DNA of 64,000 bases. Source: an uncultured delta proteobacterium (GTDB lineage: Bacteria; Desulfobacterota; Binatia; UBA9968). The DNA lies in the NCBI GenBank assembly GCA_963771465.1, contig CAVYTU010000006.1, forward strand, positions 1 to 64,000. Direction: 5' to 3'. The translations under genes were made by a program, and so were the position numbers. The notes below the pieces were generated by a model. The model searched no databases and was not told the origin of the DNA. It saw nothing but the letters and a program-made list of their open reading frames with translations. Shown here one piece after another: positions 59,710 through 64,000 of the stretch (position 1 is the first letter of the stretch; each line of letters opens with the position of its first letter).

Positions 59710-60323
59710 ATGATCGACAATAAATTTACGCGGGTTCTGACGATCGCCGTGTGTTTCGCAGTGACGCTTTTCGCAACCAGGGCATGGGCCGTTCCGGTGA
59801 CCTGGAATGAATCCGGTGATGCCGGCAACACGCCGGGGACGGCGCAGACACCGATCGGCACCGGCCAGTCGATATTATCATTGGCACCCTGAGTCCGGCG
59901 ACTGACACCGACGTTTTTCGAATCTACATCCCCAATCCTGACATCTTCGCCTTAAATATGATTGGTACAGCTCTGACGCCGTACGAAGTATTGGGCAATG
60001 ATACTGAGGTTTATGTTCTCAACGAGGCGGGTAATTTAATATTTAACCACGACGGCGCTAACTTGGCGCAAGTTAATGCTGGTCAATTGGCTGGGATGCC
60101 CGCTGGCGTCTATTTGATCGCCTATAATCTGTTTAGTAGCACTCCAATCAGTAGCCAGCTGAACCCGATCATCGGCTGGAATGTTAATCCTTATAAGAGC
60201 CAAACCGGCACGGTTTTCCTTAACCTCACCGGCGCGGAGTTCGTGCCGGAGGCGAGTTCCGTATTACTCCTAGGTCTCGGACTCATTGGCATAGCGAGAA
60301 GGTTCAAGAAAGCTAATTCCTAA
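59710..60323 (+). CDS. PEP-CTERM sorted surface protein, frameshifted near 59865
   Basis: Signal peptide (AWA), then WNESGDAG...AQ. Adding one C joins it to VDIIIGTLSPATDTDVFRIYI... and the tail VPEASSVLLLGLGLIGIARRFKK. Confidence 0.8.
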
Positions 60324-60343
60324 TCGATTTTCGCCCGCGCCGC

Positions 60344-61423
60344 TCACGCCGCTTGTACCAGCGCGCGGAAGTGGCCGGCTTTGGAGATCGGCGGCAAACC
60401 TTTGACGATCACCTGCCAGCTGTCGCCGAGGTCGTTGCTCGATATTATTTCTCCGGCAGTGGTGGCGGCGTAGATCGCCGTCGAATTTCTCGCTTCTTCC
60501 AAACAGAACGCTTCGATGCTCGCTTGCAAGCGATCGGGCAGGCCGTTTTTCAAAATCTCCCAGCTATGGCCGCCGTCTTTGCTGCGCGAGATGCGCGCGC
60601 CGGCAAAATGGCTCGTGCGCCACGTGCCGGGAGCGTCCTGCGCCGCGGTCATGAACATTAATTTTGGATCGCTCGGACGGAACACAAAGCCGTCGGGATA
60701 GCCGCCGATTTCATCTTCGCGGCGCGTCCACTGTTGCCAACTCGTGCCGGCTTCTGAGCTAGCGTAGAGACCGCGGCCGGTAACGGCATAGAGGAATTTC
60801 GCGTTGGTCGGGTGAATCATCAAACGATGCACGTCTTCGTAAAGATCGGCAAATTCCTCCCAGTGTTCGCCGCCGTCGGTGCTGCGCAAAAGGCCGCCCA
60901 CTTCGATCGACGCATAGACCGTGTTGGGGTTGTCGGGATCGAAGTTGATATGCTTGACGTGGCCGATATGCGGCGGCGCGGGGAAACTCCACTTCGGCAC
61001 ACTCGGTACGGAGCGGAGGTTTGGCAGCTCACTCCAGTTCAAACCCAGATCGTCACTGACAAATAGATGCGCTGGTTCGGTGCCGGCGAAGACGCGCGCA
61101 CGGCCGCCGATGCGCTTGGCGGCCAACGAGTAGACATTGTTTTGCGTCATGCCGTTATTGCGCGCTTCCCAGCTCTTGCCGCCGTCGGCGCTGACCATCA
61201 CGCCGCCGAGAAATGCGCCGGCGAAGGTCAGGCCGCTTTCCGGCTCAGTCATGATCGCGCTGATGTGCTTGTCGGCGATGGCGCGGTTGGTAATGCGCCA
61301 GTCGGAATGACCGGTTTCGCGCTCGATGGTGACCGCGCCTTCCCGGGTGCCGACCAGAATTTGCTGCGATGGAGCCGTGGACGAATAGATGGTCGTGCCG
61401 CCGTGGGATAAGTTGATCGCCAT
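60344..61423 (-). CDS. BNR/Asp-box beta-propeller protein without signal peptide
   Basis: Repeated S-x-D-x-G-x-x-W boxes (SADGGKSW, SDDLGLNW, STDGGEHW, SKDGGHSW, SNDLGDSW). Confidence 0.85.
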   Translation of the reverse strand: MAINLSHGGTTIYSSTAPSQQILVGTREGAVTIERETGHSDWRITNRAIADKHISAIMTEPESGLTFAGAFLGGVMVSADGGKSWEARNNGMTQNNVYSLAAKRIGGRARVFAGTEPAHLFVSDDLGLNWSELPNLRSVPSVPKWSFPAPPHIGHVKHINFDPDNPNTVYASIEVGGLLRSTDGGEHWEEFADLYEDVHRLMIHPTNAKFLYAVTGRGLYASSEAGTSWQQWTRREDEIGGYPDGFVFRPSDPKLMFMTAAQDAPGTWRTSHFAGARISRSKDGGHSWEILKNGLPDRLQASIEAFCLEEARNSTAIYAATTAGEIISSNDLGDSWQVIVKGLPPISKAGHFRALVQAA

Positions 61424-61545
61424 GAATTTACCCTCCTAAGTGAGATTGCGAAAAGGTCGAATGATATCGGCCACCATTCCACCTCACTATTTTGCTGTCA
61501 AGTTGGAAACCGAGAGCGAATTTTTCGGTTCATCTCGCGCGCCGA

Positions 61546-62601
61546 CTATTGGATCGTTCTTCCCAGGGTGTCGATTTTTGGGTTCACGCCGAGCTGTCGC
61601 AGGACATCGTCCAAGAAGCGTGTATCCGTCCATTGGTTGACATCGATCTTTGGCACGTTCTCGAAGGACGCCATCTGATAGTAGAACTCGGTAGTTTTCT
61701 TATACTGTTCCAGATTCATCAAACCGTTGACCGCCCAGGAAGATTTGAATCCATTCCAAAGATTGGCCGCGTCTTTGCGGTCGAGTTTGCTGCGCCGTTT
61801 GATGATCGCGTTAATCCAAGCCTCTTGGTTATCCGCGAAATGACGCGCGGTTTTGACGATCGCCGCGGTGAAGCGGCGCAGTTGTTCCGGTTTCTCTTCA
61901 ATGACTTTGGTGGTTGCCGCGTTTACTTTTTCCACCACCGTGGCATTTTCGAAAAACGTGTTGTGATCGACAAGGATTTTGACCCCTGGCTCTTTTTGGA
62001 TGGATACCCAGGTGCCGACCGACATGGCCGTGGCGTCCACCCGTCCGGCGACCAAAGCTTGCGCGCGAGTTGTCGGCACGCCCATCGCCAGCACCGTTAG
62101 GCTCGTTGGATTTATCCCCAACGCTTTTAGCGTGAGCATCGACTGGGTGTGATCGACGCTGCCGAGACGAGCCACGGCGAAAGATTTGCCTTGTAGAGCT
62201 TGCACGCTTTTGATCTCGTCGCGCGCCGCGATGAGAAAATACAAACGCGCGTCGGGCGAGTGGATGGCGCGCATGGGCGCGCCCTTCGATGCCGTCAAGC
62301 GGATCACTTCCGAAGTCGATACGTTGCCGACGTCGATATCACCGGAGATCATCGCGGCTAGGGCGAGCGGCGTGCCTTGAAATTCGATCAGTTCGATATC
62401 CAGGCCTTCGCGTTGATAGAAGCCCAAGTCTTTGGCCAACCAGAGCACTGAATTGGGCAACGGCGGCACGGGCGAAGAGCCGAGGCCGACGCGCAGTTTG
62501 AGCGGCTCTTTCGCCTTGGACTCGGCGGCGGAAACGGTCGATCCTTGCAGCAAAATAAGCAGCGCCGCCAAGGGTAAAAATTTGCTCGATGCTAGCGGCA
62601 T
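61546..62601 (-). CDS. ABC substrate-binding protein, NMT1/SsuA-TauA family
   Basis: Signal peptide; WLAKDLGFYQREGLDIE, LQGKSFAV and ALVAGRVDA motifs. Confidence 0.88.
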   Translation of the reverse strand: MPLASSKFLPLAALLILLQGSTVSAAESKAKEPLKLRVGLGSSPVPPLPNSVLWLAKDLGFYQREGLDIELIEFQGTPLALAAMISGDIDVGNVSTSEVIRLTASKGAPMRAIHSPDARLYFLIAARDEIKSVQALQGKSFAVARLGSVDHTQSMLTLKALGINPTSLTVLAMGVPTTRAQALVAGRVDATAMSVGTWVSIQKEPGVKILVDHNTFFENATVVEKVNAATTKVIEEKPEQLRRFTAAIVKTARHFADNQEAWINAIIKRRSKLDRKDAANLWNGFKSSWAVNGLMNLEQYKKTTEFYYQMASFENVPKIDVNQWTDTRFLDDVLRQLGVNPKIDTLGRTIQ

Positions 62602-62610
62602 GACAGGCTT

Positions 62611-63414
62611 CTAGCGCGTTGAGCGCGTCTTTTCTAGTTTGTCGTTTTTCTCATGGGAAGATTCGACGAGTAATGGGTGCGAGTAGGGTTTGTGCTTTTC
62701 GCCGTCGCTTTCGGGTACGCGCAGCTGGTTCAGCAAATCTTTTTCCATGATGTCCAGATGTTGAAACATGGCGCCTTCCGCTTCCGTGGCATCGCGCTGC
62801 TCGATCGCTTTGAGAATATATTGATGCCAGCGGCGCGCCATTTCGTGGCGCCCGGCGCGCACGGTTTTTACCTCGGCGTCGTCGAACAAGCGCCAGAAAA
62901 ACGGCAGATGAAAAAACAGGCTGGCACCGGATTCATAAATTCTCAGCAGCGCAGGGTTATGCGCCGCGGCCGCGAGGGCATCATGAAAGTTTCGGTTCGG
63001 ACTGCGGTTGGTATTTTGTCGCGAGCCTTCCAGCTCGAGGCTATGGCGAATTTGCTCGATATCCTCGGCGGTGGCGCGCGCGGCGGCCCAGCCGGCAATG
63101 CGCACTTCGATGAGCTTGCGCACTTCGTAGAGCTGCTTGATGTTCACTTGAGCGGCGAGACTGGCGAGGTCATTGCCGATCTGGGAAGAAGCGTCCTTGG
63201 GATCGGTGACGATGACAGATCGACCGCGTCTAGTTATGAGGCCGCGCACGGCCAGCGACTTGAGCGCTTCGCGGATCGTGGTTCGGCCCACGCCGAAATT
63301 CACGCATAAACTGCGCTCGGCAGGGAGGCGGTCGCCGGGGTTCAGTTTGCCCTGCACGATCTGGTTTTGCAGATCGTTAGCGATGTTGTCGACACGACTA
63401 GTGAATTGAAGCAT
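62611..63414 (-). CDS. FadR/GntR family transcriptional regulator
   Basis: PGDRLPAERSLCVNFGVGRTTIREAL wHTH plus an FCD domain. Confidence 0.92.
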   Translation of the reverse strand: MLQFTSRVDNIANDLQNQIVQGKLNPGDRLPAERSLCVNFGVGRTTIREALKSLAVRGLITRRGRSVIVTDPKDASSQIGNDLASLAAQVNIKQLYEVRKLIEVRIAGWAAARATAEDIEQIRHSLELEGSRQNTNRSPNRNFHDALAAAAHNPALLRIYESGASLFFHLPFFWRLFDDAEVKTVRAGRHEMARRWHQYILKAIEQRDATEAEGAMFQHLDIMEKDLLNQLRVPESDGEKHKPYSHPLLVESSHEKNDKLEKTRSTR

Positions 63415-63490
63415 TGGTCTGACCCAAATCGTCTTGACATCATTAGGATGGCTGTTATATAGCAAAATATCAGAGATTTGGCCAGACCAA
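63414..63490. promoter_or_regulatory. Divergent promoter flanked by two FadR-type operators
   Basis: ttggtctgacccaa (63414) and ttggccagaccaa (63478) flank TTGACA (63434) and a TATA-rich -10. Confidence 0.65.
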
Positions 63491-63514
63491 AGTGGCCAAT
63501 GGAAGGAGATGACG

Positions 63515-64000
63515 ATGAGTTCCAACGAAAAGATCGTCGTGTTCGGGCCGGCACTGCCGATGAATATCGCGCCGATGTGGGTCGCTCACGATAAAGGATT
63601 TTTTAAAGAAGAAGGCTTGGATGTCGATCTGAGACCGGTGCAAGGCATTCCTGACAGCGAGCACCCGCGCCATCAGTGGCGCAAAGAGGGCGCGATCATT
63701 TTCCAATCGCCCGGCGGCTCGCCGCCGTTTCGCTCAGTGTTGGAAAAGCGCGATCACATCGACGGCGAGGTCAACGTAGTTTCCATCGCTAACCGCACGG
63801 CCCATGTGTTTGTGGCTAAGCCCTATGTCAAAGATGTTGCCGATTTGAAAGGTAGAAAGATCGCAGGAGACCTCAAAGGCGGTTCGAGCATGGACGCCAA
63901 GATGGTCATGCGCCACTTCGGTGTCGATCCGGAAAAGGACGTTACCTGGATCGATAGCCGCGGCAAGCCGCCCAACACGGAACGATTTCGTCTGGGGCTG
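63515..64000 (+). CDS. NMT1/THI5-like SBP-fold protein lacking a signal peptide (partial, runs off the window)
   Basis: AAGGAG RBS; MSSNEKIVVFGPALPMNIAPMWVAHDKGFFKEEGLDVDL...DLKGRKIA...FGVDPEKDVTWI; open to the window end. Confidence 0.8.
   Translation, partial: MSSNEKIVVFGPALPMNIAPMWVAHDKGFFKEEGLDVDLRPVQGIPDSEHPRHQWRKEGAIIFQSPGGSPPFRSVLEKRDHIDGEVNVVSIANRTAHVFVAKPYVKDVADLKGRKIAGDLKGGSSMDAKMVMRHFGVDPEKDVTWIDSRGKPPNTERFRLGL

Overview
GC-rich bacterial chromosome segment. The catabolic gene content and many Bug/TctC and ABC substrate-binding proteins suggest a Deltaproteobacteria-like lineage such as Candidatus Binatia (inference only). From left to right: (1) a 2.3-kb patchwork of gene relics, comprising a frameshifted secreted InlB-B-repeat protein and an amidohydrolase paralog split by an orphan ORF and fused to an ABC-permease tail; (2) a putative aromatic/heteroaromatic ring-cleavage cluster (gentisate-dioxygenase-like cupin, NahE-like aldolase, NicX/M29-like protein, amidohydrolase); (3) tctCBA divergent from fadR-oxc-frc-ADP-forming acyl-CoA ligase, followed by a convergent gamma-CA / formyltransferase / luciferase-like operon; (4) lhgO, mlaEFDC, a tRNA methyltransferase, dciA and nrdJ with tandem NrdR boxes; (5) the housekeeping block rpsO-pnp-M16-dut-purB-purS-purQ-purL-purF; (6) P450/SDR/PAP2, a stand-alone SWIB protein, a hydantoinase/oxoprolinase A gene with two B genes, a frameshifted PEP-CTERM gene with its enhancer/sigma54-like region, and a second FadR module. 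I saw no rRNA, tRNA, transposase or CRISPR array. The best candidate for an undescribed system is the oxalate/formyl-CoA locus. Its formyltransferase resembles the N-terminal domain of eukaryotic 10-formyl-THF dehydrogenase (ALDH1L1) rather than Fmt, which suggests a possible direct formyl-CoA:THF formyl transfer. All family assignments are by eye from motifs; no searches were run.
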